Source: an uncultured Planctomycetota bacterium
Lineage (GTDB): Bacteria > Planctomycetota > PUPC01
Length of the DNA stretch: 55,730 nt
Assembly (NCBI GenBank): GCA_964505325.1
Contig: CAZDHT010000004.1
Location: forward strand, 1-55,730
Direction: 5' to 3'
Shown: in pieces, positions 42,373 through 52,767 of the stretch
How the letters are laid out: each line of letters starts with the position of its first letter
How positions within the stretch are numbered: the stretch's first letter is position 1
The notes under the pieces: generated by a model
Told to the model about the DNA's origin: nothing
Databases searched by the model: none
Seen by the model: only the letters and a program-made list of their open reading frames with translations
Translations under genes and position numbers: made by a program

Positions 42373-44337
42373 TCACGCCGGATCGATCCATACGGGGCTC
42401 GCCCAGGCGACCTCGCCGTCCGACTGGATCGCGCGCACGTAGTAGAAGCAGAACGGGTGGGCGCAGAACGTCGCCGGCGGGAGCAGGACATCGCCGAGCG
42501 GCGCCGCGTCCTCCCAGGAGAGCTCACAGTCCAGCTCGCCCGGGGCGAAGGTCTGGACGATGTCGTTGTTGCGGATGATGTCGATCCGGTCGGCGGGTGC
42601 GGTGCCGTGGAACTCGATGTCGAGCCGGCGCCGCTCGGTGATGCCGGGGCATGCCTTGGCGTCGAGCTCGGACCCGATCGGGCGCCCGTTCAACTCATAG
42701 TTGAGCAGGATCCTCGGCCCGGTGGTCGCGACGACGCGGCGGCTCCACATCGCGTCCCAGATCGCCTCGCGGCTGCGCTCGGCCGCGAGCACGGCCATCA
42801 GGCCGGCCTTGTAGCGCGTCTCGCCGCCAGTGATAGGGAACTCCGTCCCGGCGTGGCCGATGTGGTCGTCGCCGCCCGCGGTGAACCCGACCCGCCAGCC
42901 CATGGCGAGCGCACGGCTGACGTATCCGCATTCCATCGGCGGCTCCTGCCCGCGCTCCGGCACCGGGTTGTCGTCGCCGCGCTCGTAGCTTCCGCGGAGT
43001 TGGAAGATCTCGACCAGCCGCTCGTGCTCCGGATCGTGGTCCTTCCAGTCGCAGAAGTTCCCGTAGTGACCGGTGTGGTGCGGGACGACGATGGCCGTTT
43101 CGTTCTGGATCGCACGGAACAGGTCGGGCGGCGTCGGGAAGTTGACCTCGTCGGAGCGGTACATCGGCCGATGGTCTTCGAGGTAGTAGATGTTTCGGTC
43201 GCCGTGGCCCTTGCGGGTCCACTTGGCCCATTCGTAGCCAAGGAACGTGACGAAGCGCCCCGGCTCGTTCCATCGTGCCACGGCGTCGCACGCCTTCTCC
43301 CACAGCGGGCCCGGCGTCTCCCACAGGTGGTCGTGGTCGCCGGGCGCGGCGAAGTCCAAACCGGCCTCGTCGCGCATCTGGCGGAAGTACTGGTCGATGT
43401 TACCCTGACCGTCCGACAGCTCGGTGTGGCCGTGGATCATGCCCCAGAAGAAACGGTGCGCCGCGGACCCGGATCGGCACACCGTCGGGTTGGCGACGGC
43501 CTCCAAGCCCTTGGTCCGATCCAAGACTCGGATCCGATGCGCGCCCTCGCCGGGCAGGCGAACCGTGAGGCGCACGCAAGTCGACTCGCGCACGGGCTCG
43601 ACCTCGGCGTCGAGCTGCTCGTCGCCCAGTAACGCGGCGACGTGGTCGAGCGTCTCGTGCGACAAGTTGCTGAACTCGTCCTCCGGTCGCACAAGGATGG
43701 TGAGCCGCTCCCCTGGCTTCGATTGCGAGGGGACGTAGGCGCGCAGTTGACGGACCGGCCCGCCGAGGACGTGCATCGTGCAGGCGGCGACGATGTGCCG
43801 CTGGTTGTCCTCCGACCACACCGCCCCGAGATCCTTCTTAAGCTCGGCGCTGGACCGGCTGTCGCCCACAACCCACGCCGGCAGCGCCTGGGCGCTGCGG
43901 TCCGCGACGTACAACACAAAGAACTTGTCGAGAGTTCGTGTCTCCGGCGCGCGGATGCCGGAATGGTCACCGAGGGTCACGGTAAGAACGTCATGCTTCC
44001 GCAGGCCCCCTTCGGGCACGGTCAGCTCGAACGTCCCCGCGACCTCGGCGGCGCGAAGGGGAATTGTCCGGCCAGCCGCCGTGCGGGCCGTGATGTAGCC
44101 GTAGCCTCCGGGCTGGTCCGCCTGGGCGTCGAACGTGCCTTTATTGTTCCGCCCGCCGAACAACTGGAGCCGAAGGACGGCCCCCGCGGGCACGCCGCAC
44201 GCCAGCTCGAGCGGCAGCGTCCAAGCCGACATCTCACCGGCGAACGCCGCCTCCGGCTCGCACCGGCCCAGCGGCACCCGCTCGGGAATCCGAATCGGCC
44301 GGGTGGAGCGAGGAGCGTCGACACGTGGTTCAGCCAT
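42373..44337 (-). CDS. DUF3604-like (PHP-type metal-dependent phosphoesterase-like) protein
   Basis: FFWGMIHGHTELSDGQG and C-terminal FYYVRAIQSDGEVAWASPVWI are typical of DUF3604 proteins. Confidence 0.7.
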   Translation of the reverse strand: MAEPRVDAPRSTRPIRIPERVPLGRCEPEAAFAGEMSAWTLPLELACGVPAGAVLRLQLFGGRNNKGTFDAQADQPGGYGYITARTAAGRTIPLRAAEVAGTFELTVPEGGLRKHDVLTVTLGDHSGIRAPETRTLDKFFVLYVADRSAQALPAWVVGDSRSSAELKKDLGAVWSEDNQRHIVAACTMHVLGGPVRQLRAYVPSQSKPGERLTILVRPEDEFSNLSHETLDHVAALLGDEQLDAEVEPVRESTCVRLTVRLPGEGAHRIRVLDRTKGLEAVANPTVCRSGSAAHRFFWGMIHGHTELSDGQGNIDQYFRQMRDEAGLDFAAPGDHDHLWETPGPLWEKACDAVARWNEPGRFVTFLGYEWAKWTRKGHGDRNIYYLEDHRPMYRSDEVNFPTPPDLFRAIQNETAIVVPHHTGHYGNFCDWKDHDPEHERLVEIFQLRGSYERGDDNPVPERGQEPPMECGYVSRALAMGWRVGFTAGGDDHIGHAGTEFPITGGETRYKAGLMAVLAAERSREAIWDAMWSRRVVATTGPRILLNYELNGRPIGSELDAKACPGITERRRLDIEFHGTAPADRIDIIRNNDIVQTFAPGELDCELSWEDAAPLGDVLLPPATFCAHPFCFYYVRAIQSDGEVAWASPVWIDPA

Positions 44338-44396
44338 TCGCAGTCCGTCCTTTCACTGTCCGAGCGGGGCGGAGACAGCGGAGCGGCCGGGCTACC

Positions 44397-46133
44397 CTAC
44401 ACCCCCAGCATCGCCTTGTGCTTCCGGAGCACGGTCCGGTCGCCGGATGTGACGAGCCGGGTGTTGCCGTCGGCGCGGGCGGCGGCGCGCAGGATGAAGT
44501 TCCTAGCAGTGTACTGCTTTTCGACCTTTTGCTTCGCCTGGCTTAGCAGCAGGTATCCGATGTAGGCGTCGCACGCGATCTCGACGATGCGCCGCGCGTG
44601 GAAGTCCGTGTACTCGCGATTGTCCTTCTTCTTTACGTGGTCGGCGCACTTGCGCATCTGCCCGACCATCCGGGCGAGTTTCTTGGCCGGCGCGCCAAAC
44701 GGCTTCTCGTATGTCTCCCGCCGGAACTCGGCGAACTCCTCGTCCAGATCCCCCGCCAGCACACACCCGATCGCAGCGACCACCTGAAGCTGCGTTGTGC
44801 CCTCGTAGATCGACGTGATTCGGGCGTCGCGATAGTACCGCTCGACCGGATAGTCCCGCATGTACCCCGACCCGCCATGCACCTGGATGGCGTCGGACGT
44901 GACCCCGATGGCCATCTCACACGCGAAGAACTTGGAGATTGGCGTGAGCGCCTTGGCCAACTTCGCGTACTTCCGCTGAGTGGCGCGAAGCTCGGCATAC
45001 TCCGGGTCGTTGCGATCGAGGGCGGCAAGTTTTTCGCCGAAAAGCTTCTCCAGGTCGACGATCACACTGGTGTAGCAGATGAGCGCCCGAGCCGCCTCGA
45101 TGTTGGTCTGCATGTCCGTCAGCATCTCGTACACGGGCGGGAAGTCGAGGATGCGTTTGCCGAACTGCTCGCGGTTCAGGGAGAAATCCAGCGCGGCGCG
45201 GTAGGCCGCCTCGGCAATGCCCAGCGCCTGCGCCCCGATGGCGAGGCGCGCGCCGTTCATCAGCGCCATCACGTATGTCGTCAGGCCGCGCTTGCGCTTG
45301 CCGATGAGGCGCGCCGGCGCATTGGCGAATTGAATCTCGCAGGTCGGCGAGCCGTGTATGCCAAGCTTGCTCTCGATGCGCCGGACGCAGACGCCGTCGC
45401 CCTTGTTGGCCAGGAAGAGCGACAGCCCGCGGCCGTCCTTGGTACCCGGCTCCGACCGCGCCAACACGAGGAGCACGTCGCCGCAGCCGTTGGTGATGAA
45501 CCGCTTCACGCCGTTGATCCGCCAGACACCGTGGTCATCGCCGTCGGGCGGCGGCGTGGCGCCGGTCATGACGGCCTGGAGGTCGCTGCCGGCGTCCGGC
45601 TCGGTCAGCACCATCGCTCCGGTGACCTCGCCCAGCGAGAACTTGGGCAGGTACTCGGCCTTGGTCTGTTCGTCCGCGAAGTCGTGGATCGTCTCGGCGA
45701 TGTCCTGGAGGCCGAAGATCGTCATCAGGCCGGCGTCGGCGCGGCCGACCATTTCGATGGCCATACTGTAAGTAACCGTGGGCATGTTGAGCCCGCCGTA
45801 CTGGCGCGGGAGGGTGAATCCCATCAGGTCGGCATCGGCGAGGCGCCGGATGGCCTCGACTGTGCCCCGGGCGTATCTGACCTCGCCGGCCTCGAACTGG
45901 GCCTCCTCCAGGTCAACGTCTTCGGCCCTGGGTTCGATGAAGTTGCCGGCCACGTCGCCCACCAGGCTCAGCACGCGGCGATAGCTGTCGAGCGCGTCGT
46001 CCGCGTCGGATGGTGCGTAGTTGTAGTCGGCTGCCTCGCTGAATCCTTTCTCGCGAAGCGCGATCACCTTCGACAGGTCGAGCCACTCGAGCATGAACTT
46101 CAGGTCTTCGTTCTCGTCGAAGAAATTGGGCAT
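44397..46133 (-). CDS. acyl-CoA dehydrogenase (long, ~580-aa form)
   Basis: LTEPDAGSD, ITNG, IHGGSGYMRDYPVERYYRDARITSIYEGT. Confidence 0.9.
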   Translation of the reverse strand: MPNFFDENEDLKFMLEWLDLSKVIALREKGFSEAADYNYAPSDADDALDSYRRVLSLVGDVAGNFIEPRAEDVDLEEAQFEAGEVRYARGTVEAIRRLADADLMGFTLPRQYGGLNMPTVTYSMAIEMVGRADAGLMTIFGLQDIAETIHDFADEQTKAEYLPKFSLGEVTGAMVLTEPDAGSDLQAVMTGATPPPDGDDHGVWRINGVKRFITNGCGDVLLVLARSEPGTKDGRGLSLFLANKGDGVCVRRIESKLGIHGSPTCEIQFANAPARLIGKRKRGLTTYVMALMNGARLAIGAQALGIAEAAYRAALDFSLNREQFGKRILDFPPVYEMLTDMQTNIEAARALICYTSVIVDLEKLFGEKLAALDRNDPEYAELRATQRKYAKLAKALTPISKFFACEMAIGVTSDAIQVHGGSGYMRDYPVERYYRDARITSIYEGTTQLQVVAAIGCVLAGDLDEEFAEFRRETYEKPFGAPAKKLARMVGQMRKCADHVKKKDNREYTDFHARRIVEIACDAYIGYLLLSQAKQKVEKQYTARNFILRAAARADGNTRLVTSGDRTVLRKHKAMLGV

Positions 46134-46141
46134 TCACGTCC

Positions 46142-47167
46142 TCACTGTTTCGATTTGTACGCCTTGATCAGCTTCGGTATGACGTCGTTGAGGTCGCCGA
46201 CGATCCCGTAGTGCGCGATGCTGAAGATCGGCGCCTCGGCATCTTTGTTGACCGCCACGATGGTGCCGGACTCCTGCATGCCGGCGCGGTGCTGGACTTG
46301 GCCGGAAATGCCGCACGCGATGTAGAGCTTGGGCCGCACGGTGGTGCCGGTCTGGCCGACCTGGTGGTCGTGAGAGATGAAACCCGCATCGACCGCCGCG
46401 CGGGACGCGCCGACCACGCCACCGAGCGCGTCCGCCAGGTCCCGAATGAGATTGAAATTGTCGGCGCTCCCGACGCCGGCTCCGCCCGAGATGATGATCT
46501 GGGCGCCTTTCAGGTCCACCTTCTTCTCCGCCTGGACGCGGTCGAGGACCTTCGCGATCATCTCGTCCTGTGTAAGCGCGGGATGGACCTGTACGACTTC
46601 GCCGGCCCGCGAATCGTCGGGCTCACCCAGCGGGAACACTCCCTCGCGGACGGTCGCCATCTGCGGGCGGCGCTCGGGCGAGACGATGGTGGCGATGATG
46701 CTGCCGCCAAACGCCGGCCGGATTTGATATAGGAGTTGCTTGTATTGCCGGTCCGTGTTGGGGTCGGTGTAGTCCCCGATGCGGAGGTCGGTGCAGTCGG
46801 CGGTGAGCCCGCAGCGGAGGATGGACGCGACCCTCGGCGCCAGGTCACGGCCGAGCATCGTGGCGCCAAAGATGATGATCTCCGGGCCTTGGTCTTTTGC
46901 CAAGTCAGCGATGGCCTTGGCGTAGGGCAGCGTGGTGTAGTCGGCAAGCCGCACGTCGTCGATCAGGTACACCTTTTTCGCGCCGTGCGCGATCAGGGTC
47001 TTGGCGAGGCCGCCGACATTGTGGCCGGCCACCACCGCACACACCGCGCCGCCGATGTCGCCGGCCAGCTTCCGGGCGCGGCCGAGCAATTCCAGGCCGA
47101 CCTCCGCGAGCTTCCCTTCCTGCTGTTCGGCGACTACCCACACAGCTTTCTTGTTGTCGTCGTTCAT
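46142..47167 (-). CDS. etfA: electron transfer flavoprotein, alpha subunit
   Basis: Start at MNDDNKK with GGAG upstream. C-terminal FAD motif ...[10 protein letters not shown]...VGQTG..V.P.LYIA.GISG..QH..G.... Confidence 0.9.
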   Translation of the reverse strand: MNDDNKKAVWVVAEQQEGKLAEVGLELLGRARKLAGDIGGAVCAVVAGHNVGGLAKTLIAHGAKKVYLIDDVRLADYTTLPYAKAIADLAKDQGPEIIIFGATMLGRDLAPRVASILRCGLTADCTDLRIGDYTDPNTDRQYKQLLYQIRPAFGGSIIATIVSPERRPQMATVREGVFPLGEPDDSRAGEVVQVHPALTQDEMIAKVLDRVQAEKKVDLKGAQIIISGGAGVGSADNFNLIRDLADALGGVVGASRAAVDAGFISHDHQVGQTGTTVRPKLYIACGISGQVQHRAGMQESGTIVAVNKDAEAPIFSIAHYGIVGDLNDVIPKLIKAYKSKQ

Positions 47168-47177
47168 CCCATCTCCG

Positions 47178-48089
47178 TTACTCAAGGATGTGATCTTTGG
47201 CAAGTTCGTGGATCAGTTGGTGCATTCCCTCGTCGGTCGGTTCGACTTGCTTGTGCTCGGCCTGCTTGAGCACCGCGCCTTCCGCCCTCATCACCCGCGT
47301 GGGCGAGCCGAGAAAGCCGCACTGTTCCATGTCGGCAGCGATCGCCGCGCCGTCCCACTCCGGGATCAGCAGCCCGGCCTGGCCCAGCTCGTACTCCTTC
47401 TCCTTCCATCGCTTCTCCAGTTCGTCGGGAGGGAGCTTTCTCGCGGGGTCGATAAGCCGGATCAACTCGGACGGCGCCTTGGCCTTCTTGTATTTCATAA
47501 TCAGCTTCGCCCGTGGGGGTCGTGGCTCGTTCGCCTCGGACGGGACGGTCATGAGCACGGGCAGTTTCGCCTCGACCGTTTCGTAGCCGCCGTCGATGAG
47601 GCGGCGCACCTTGACCACGCCATTGCCGAGCTCCAGAATCTCGGCGACGTACGTGAGTTGAGCGAAGCCCAGGTTGCCGGCGAGTTGCGGGCCGATCTGT
47701 GCGGTGTCGCCGTCGATGGCCTGTCGGCCGCAGAGGACAATGTCGGCGCCGCCCGCGCGACCGATGGCCTTGGCGAGCGTGTAGGACGTCGCCAGGGTGT
47801 CTGCGACGGCGAAGCCGCGGTCGGTGAGCAGCACAACGCGGTCCGCTCCGTACTCGAGCGCGTCCCTCAGGATGTCCGCGGCGCGAGGCGGGCCCATGGT
47901 GATAACGGTGACCTCGCCGCCGTGCGTGTCGCGCAGCCACAGCCCCATTTCCAGGGCATTCTTGTCCTCCGGGTTAAACACGGCCGGCAGGGCGCCGCGG
48001 TTGATGGTCCCGTCCGCGTTCATCGCGTCGCCGGTGATGTTCCTGGTGTCCGGGACCTGCTTGGCGCAAACAGCAATCTTGTACGACAT
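47178..48089 (-). CDS. etfB: electron transfer flavoprotein, beta subunit (extended C-terminus)
   Basis: MSYKIAVCAKQVPDT...NPEDKNALE...GRQAIDGDTAQ.GP.LA. Confidence 0.9.
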   Translation of the reverse strand: MSYKIAVCAKQVPDTRNITGDAMNADGTINRGALPAVFNPEDKNALEMGLWLRDTHGGEVTVITMGPPRAADILRDALEYGADRVVLLTDRGFAVADTLATSYTLAKAIGRAGGADIVLCGRQAIDGDTAQIGPQLAGNLGFAQLTYVAEILELGNGVVKVRRLIDGGYETVEAKLPVLMTVPSEANEPRPPRAKLIMKYKKAKAPSELIRLIDPARKLPPDELEKRWKEKEYELGQAGLLIPEWDGAAIAADMEQCGFLGSPTRVMRAEGAVLKQAEHKQVEPTDEGMHQLIHELAKDHILE

Positions 48090-48233
48090 GACAACCCTTT
48101 CGCCGGTATCAGCTGTCCATTTCCAGGCTCGATGCGGCCAGAGAGTCTAGCAAACGGTCTCTTTTCAGTCAATGCCTGCTGGGCATGCCTACTGGGCGAC
48201 ACTTCAGAGATCGCCAAGGTGACCGTCCCGGAC

Positions 48234-48263
48234 TTGTCTTTCTGCCTCAAATATGGATAATAC
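48234..48263 (+). promoter_or_regulatory. sigma-70-type promoter candidate for tRNA-Arg
   Basis: TTGTCT, 18 nt, TAATAC, with the -10 about 18 nt upstream of the tRNA. Confidence 0.35.
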
Positions 48264-48281
48264 TGATTAGCGTGCTTGGAT

Positions 48282-48358
48282 GCGCCCGTAGCTCAATTGG
48301 ATAGAGCGCCGGTCTACGGAACCGGAGGTTGGGGGTTCGAGCCCCTCCGGGCGTGCCA
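48282..48358 (+). tRNA. tRNA-Arg (anticodon ACG)
   Basis: 77-nt cloverleaf folded by hand: acceptor GCGCCCG/CGGGCGT, D arm GCTC/GAGC, anticodon stem CCGGT/ACCGG with loop CTACGGA, T arm GGGGG-TTCGAGC-CCCTC. CCA is encoded. Confidence 0.9.
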
Positions 48359-48370
48359 GCGGAGGAGGAC

Positions 48371-48405
48371 GGGCGACAGTCGCTCACGGCTGTCGCCCTT
48401 TTTTT
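48371..48405 (+). terminator. intrinsic terminator after tRNA-Arg
   Basis: GGGCGACAG...CTGTCGCCC followed by TTTTTTT. Confidence 0.8.
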
Positions 48406-48545
48406 GCGCTCGCCCGAAACGTCGCCACGTGATCCCTCGAGTGGCGACGGAAGGCGGCGACGCTTCAGCAGGGCCATTCAATTCTCCGAACGGGTCTTGA
48501 TGGCCGCCCGCCCGCGTTCTCTTGCCCCCGCCGCGGAGCATCTCG

Positions 48546-48577
48546 TTTATAAAAGTCACACGTGTGACTTTTATAAA
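48546..48577. repeat. 32-bp perfect AT-rich palindrome
   Basis: TTTATAAAAGTCACACGTGTGACTTTTATAAA. Confidence 0.95.
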
Positions 48578-48767
48578 CACACTCCCTGAGCGCGGCCCCC
48601 ACTTGCTCCGCCAGACGAGGTCGAGAATTGAATGACCCTTGTGCTTCGGCCGCACGGTTGCAGGCCACGCCCAATCCTGCTATAAGAACGCCCAATCGAT
48701 CAGGAGCCAAGCCGACACTCTGGAAAGCATAAATGCCACGACGCAATTGGGACGGGGCCAACTCGCG

Positions 48768-49380
48768 ATGTTAGCTGCGGTGCTGCATGATCAGGAAGAT
48801 CTTCGCGTGCAGGAGGTTCCCACGCCGTGCATTTCCGAGGACGAAGTGCTGCTCCGCTGCCGGGCGGTGTCGATATGCGGGACGGACTTGCGGATTTACC
48901 GTGTCGGCCACAGCCGTTTGCCGCCCAGGACCCGGCGGATCCTGGGACACGAGCTTGCCGGAGAGATCGCCGAAGTCGGGCGGAATGTCCAAGACCTGGC
49001 GGAGGGCATGCGGGTGGCCGTCGCGCCGAACTTCGGCTGCGGGAGCTGCCGGATGTGCCGGCGGGGCTGGTTCCACCTGTGCCCGGAATACGGAGCCATC
49101 GGCCTCACGGTGGACGGCGGCATGGCCGAATACGTTCGCATTCCGAAGATCGCAGTGCAGCAGGGCTGTCTGCTCGAGATGCCCGCCGACCTACCTTCGA
49201 AGAGGCCGCCGTCAACGAGCCTTTCGCCTGTATTTACAACGGGCAGACGCGCTGTCCGACGCAGCCGGGAGACGTGGTGCTGATAGTGGGCGCCGGTCCC
49301 ATCGGGATGATGCACGTTCTAATGGCTCGTCTCGCCGGGCCGGCCGGAATTATGGTTGCCAACCGGCTGGCCGGCTACAA
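48768..49380 (+). pseudogene. Zn-dependent alcohol/sorbitol dehydrogenase (MDR family), frameshifted and 3'-truncated
   Basis: GHELAGEIAEVG and CGSCRMCRRGWFHLC in frame 0. The sequence continues as FEEAAVNEPFAC...VGAGPIGMM in another frame after a 1-nt loss at CCTTC (about 49196). Similarity is lost about 49380 (end approximate). Confidence 0.7.
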
Positions 49381-49559
49381 CGGCGACGCCGCCATCATCA
49401 CCGAGCCCACCGGGCTGCGGCTCTATCACGCCCACCGGGGATTCCGCATCGTGCACCTCACCCTGAGAGGGAAGAGCGGCATGGACTTCTCGGAGGGGCA
49501 ACTGCCCAATCCGGTCGAACACGTCGGCCTGCTCATCGAGGGCTTCAAGACGTTCCGTC

Positions 49560-50104
49560 AGCAACGCCGTGACGCCGCACCCAGGCCCCCGGAATACGCC
49601 GGCGTCGATAATCCCGTGCCTCTCTTCATGAACAAGCTCCAGGCCGGCGAGTTCAGCCTCAACATCCCGATGCAGATCCCCGAAACCTGCACCCTCGAGA
49701 TCTATTGGCAGACCATGCCGGGCGAGACGCGCGAGGCCGTCGAGCGCGAGTTCTTCGACTTCCTGGGCGGCTGGGTCGATGAACACCCCGCGCTGAGGCA
49801 GTTCGAAATCGAGCATCGGTTCAGCCATCGCTGGATGCCGGGCACGCGCATCGACCGCGGCAGCCCCATCGTCCGGGCGGCCGAGACTGCCGCCACCCGC
49901 GTGCTTGGCGAGCCGGTGAAGGTCACCGGGGCCCCGTACCCGTGCGACCTGTTTGTCTTCAACCTGTGGGGCATACCGGGCGTTCTGTTCGGGCCACAGG
50001 GTGCAGGCGCCCACGGCTCGGATGAGTACGTGGAGATCGACTCGGTGGTCAAGGCGGCCCAGGTGCTGGCGTTGACCATGATCCGGTTCTGTGGCGTGGC
50101 GTGA
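49560..50104 (+). pseudogene. M20 peptidase / ArgE-DapE-type deacylase, C-terminal fragment only
   Basis: ...FMNKLQAGEFSLNIPMQIPETCTLEIYWQTMPGE...GAPYPCDLFVF...GAHGSDEYVEIDSVVKAAQVLALTMIRF resembles the last third of M20 enzymes. There is no N-terminal catalytic half. The start is approximate. Confidence 0.55.
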
Positions 50105-50117
50105 GGGGAAGGCGGCA

Positions 50118-51052
50118 ATGGACGTGATTTGCTTCGGCAGCATAGTGGTGGATCACCGGCGCTCCGCAGAGACGTCCGGGACCGCGGCCGAGCCGCTCCG
50201 GATCGTCGATAGCGCCATCGACCTTCACGTGGGCGGCGTCCCCATCCTGGCGACCACGCTGCGGCGCATGGGCTTCGACGTCGCTCTGATGGGCTGCGTC
50301 GGACACGACATCGCCGGATATGGCCTGAAGCTCTATTTGGAGAACGAGATCGGGCTGAATGTCGAGGCGGTCAAGACCATTGACGCGCCGACCAGCACCT
50401 CCTGCATCCGATTGACGGAAGAACAGCGCTACGTCGACCACACCCCGGCGCCAGCGCGGAACTGGCGCCCGGCGATCGGGAGCTGGCCTTCGTCGAGAAA
50501 CACAAGCCGAAGCTGATGGCCATCGGGTACGCGGGCCTGCTTCCCAAGCTGGACGCGGACCGCGGCCGGAAGATGGCCGAGTGGATCGTAGCGGTTCAGC
50601 AGAAAGGGACGCTGGTCGCTCTGGACACCCACACCGTTCCGCCATACGCGATGCTGGAAAAACCCGTCGGCGTGGCGGACGTCTTCATCTGCAACAGGGA
50701 AGAAGCCTGCGGGATCACGGGGCCCGGCAAGGATTCCCCCGAGAAGGGCCTGGCCGCCATCTGGTCGAAGTTCCGCGCCCGCGATCCATCACGCTATCGG
50801 CTGTTGGGCTTGGCGATGGCCGAGGGAGTGCAGTTGGCTTACGGTCACGCAGGGGAGTTCGCCAATCAGTGGATCGCCAACCCGCATTTCGGCACGTTCA
50901 CGCCCGCCGACCTGACCGGCGCCGGCGATTACTTCCGCGCGGGGGTATATGCCTCGATAATGCGCCAACTGAGGGAGTTCGCCTCCGGTCAATTGAACCT
51001 GGTCCGGACGGGCCTTGCCGGCCACGACGTAGCCTACCAGCAGCTTCGATAA
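50118..51052 (+). pseudogene. PfkB-family sugar kinase with a frameshift
   Basis: MDVICFGSIVVD...GG...A..L.R.G in frame 0 and ...DVFICNREEA...TGAGDYF in frame 2. The frames join if one C is added to the C run at 50443-50446. Confidence 0.7.
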
Positions 51053-51150
51053 CGCCGCCCTTCCCGCAGCAGTTACCCACCATTGTTGTGTCCGTGCGAT
51101 GCCGCGAAGCTTCAGGTTGCCTAAGGAACTCTCACGAAACGGTGAGGCGA

Positions 51151-51236
51151 ACATCCGCCTTCGCGAGAGGGACATAGCCGCTTCGGCGGAGTCCCTTCCT
51201 GTCTGCCCGGTGACAGACAAGAATGCCTGCCCCACC
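51151..51236 (+). repeat. GC-rich multi-hairpin repeat, copy B
   Basis: ACATCCGCCTTCGCGAGAGGGACATAGCCGCTTCGGCGGAGTCCCTTCCTGTCTGCCC is identical to the reverse complement of 29369-29426. Followed by GGTGACAGACAAGAATGCCTGCCCCACC. Confidence 0.8.
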
Positions 51237-52029
51237 GAGGGAAAGGAACGGCATTAGAGCTTATCCAACAACCCTGAGCGTTGTTCACCCTCAGCCGTCT
51301 CTGGGACTCGTAAGCCCCTCTTTCAGAGGCTCTTACGCAAACCGCTGGCTGGCATTAACATTGTCCGACACAACACGCTGTCAAGCAAAGAGTTACGCCT
51401 TTATAGTGTGCCTGGCACACTCTAGAAGTGCAACATGTTGGCAGTCAAGCACTTGCAAACGGAGCATGCAATCCCCCACGTTGGGAGGCAGGGTTCTTGG
51501 ATGGCCTCTCAGTGGGGCGTACATTCTTGTCCGCCACCGGGAAGCTCAGCGGCAAATGCATAACTTCTTCTTTTTGGGCGAGTTGTGTACGGCCTCTGTG
51601 GCCCCGTTGGCGGAAGTCTGGCGTTGTGGTGTTGAGATGAGTTGACGGAAGAGCTGTCCGCCTCCACGCGCTGTCCGGCCCCAACGTACCCGACGCACGG
51701 TGCCGGGGAGCACCATCGTATCCCCTGCAAACGTCACAGGTTAGAGAAAACCGCACGGACAGCGTGTTTTTTTGGCAACGTCCGGTGCTCTGCGCCGCCC
51801 TCGGACTGAAAGCGATCCGGTGTCGTAACATCTTGCGCAACAATGCGTTAAGGCCTTGTTACAATAACATACAAGGCCTCGGCACGCGGTTTGCTCTTAC
51901 GGTGGGCAACTGCTGTGAAGCTTTGAGAGGGTAGCGCCTCTTATGGTCTATGGCACCGCAGTCGGGCGTCAACATAGAAGAGCGGAAGAAACCGGCCTCG
52001 GGTGCGAAGGAGGGGAAAGGGAGGTCCTT

Positions 52030-52209
52030 ATGACGTAGGGGACAGGGGAGGAGGAAAGCCCTGTAAACGGGGGGCTTTACGCGGCATGGCGAGCCGCGGC
52101 AGGCATTTGAGGACAGACCGCCGCGTCGCATCAGGACGGTGCGGTCTACGCCCTCGCCCCGGACGGGACACCGGACGTTTTCCTCCAGTGATCTGACCGA
52201 ACAGGTCGG
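52030..52209 (+). repeat. structured module R1
   Basis: Shares with R2 a G-rich 5' block, the hairpin CGCGGC-N7-GCCGCG (52080-52098) and an identical 24-mer GCCCTCGCCCCGGACGGGACACCG (52150-52173). Confidence 0.7.
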
Positions 52210-52767
52210 AACCACACCACACATCCCTTGGTCCAGGTGAGCGGCATGGCGTACCCCGCCGCACCGGGCTTCCGGTGTTCGGGCAGGCGCACGTGCGGGG
52301 GGACGGGCCGTGCGAAAGGCCGCAACGGCGCCTGAGTTGAGCGCTCACCAGCGGTGTCCCACATTCGCCAAGCGAAGGGGGAACGGCGCCATGCGAGCCC
52401 CGTCCGGCGGCGAAAGCGGCCGGGCGGGCTTAGCGAGCGAGGGAAGAGCAGCACAGACCTCGTGAGCAGTGGACAAGGAGCCCGGCCAACCCTGGAAGAA
52501 GGGAGATACGGCGGTAATGCGGACGGGATAGCCGCGGCAGCCATCGGAAGGGGCTCGCCGAAGCGTGGCGAGTGGCGATGCGTCGCTGACTATTCGTGGG
52601 AATGGAGGGGCTCTTCAACGGGGGAGACCACTCCAATCAAGCTAAAGCACCGGCTGCGCGGAGACTTCTTTCCGCGCGTCAGCCGGGCCGGAGGGCGGCA
52701 GATCCGGACGCCCCGTGCGACAGATCGACGTCGGCCTCCAGCGAAGAGTAGGAAAGGAGTCAAGGGA

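Noticed and set aside
50581-51235. ORFs 50581-51177(+), 50789-51235(-), 29397-29687(-) and 29453-30238(+) sharing peptide ends (...SAFARGT, MGQAFL...)
   Set aside because: The shared peptides come from the repeated multi-hairpin DNA element read in two orientations. The rest of each ORF is unrelated low-complexity sequence.
51261-51269. TTATCCAAC, resembling a DnaA box, in the low-GC block (possible origin)
   Set aside because: It is a single imperfect box (the last two positions are wrong). There is no cluster of boxes, no AT-rich unwinding repeats and no replication gene.
51754-51773. CACG-GACAG-CGTG followed by TTTTTTT as an internal terminator of the non-coding block
   Set aside because: The stem is only 4 bp. 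It is possibly a pause site, but too weak to call.
52050-52062. GGAGGAAAGCCC resembling the RNase P RNA P4 signature GAGGAAAGUCC
   Set aside because: It is present twice (also at 52789-52800 in variant form). I could not find the other universally conserved RNase P blocks (the GGUAAGAGCGCACC-type and ACAGAACCCGGCUUA-type blocks).
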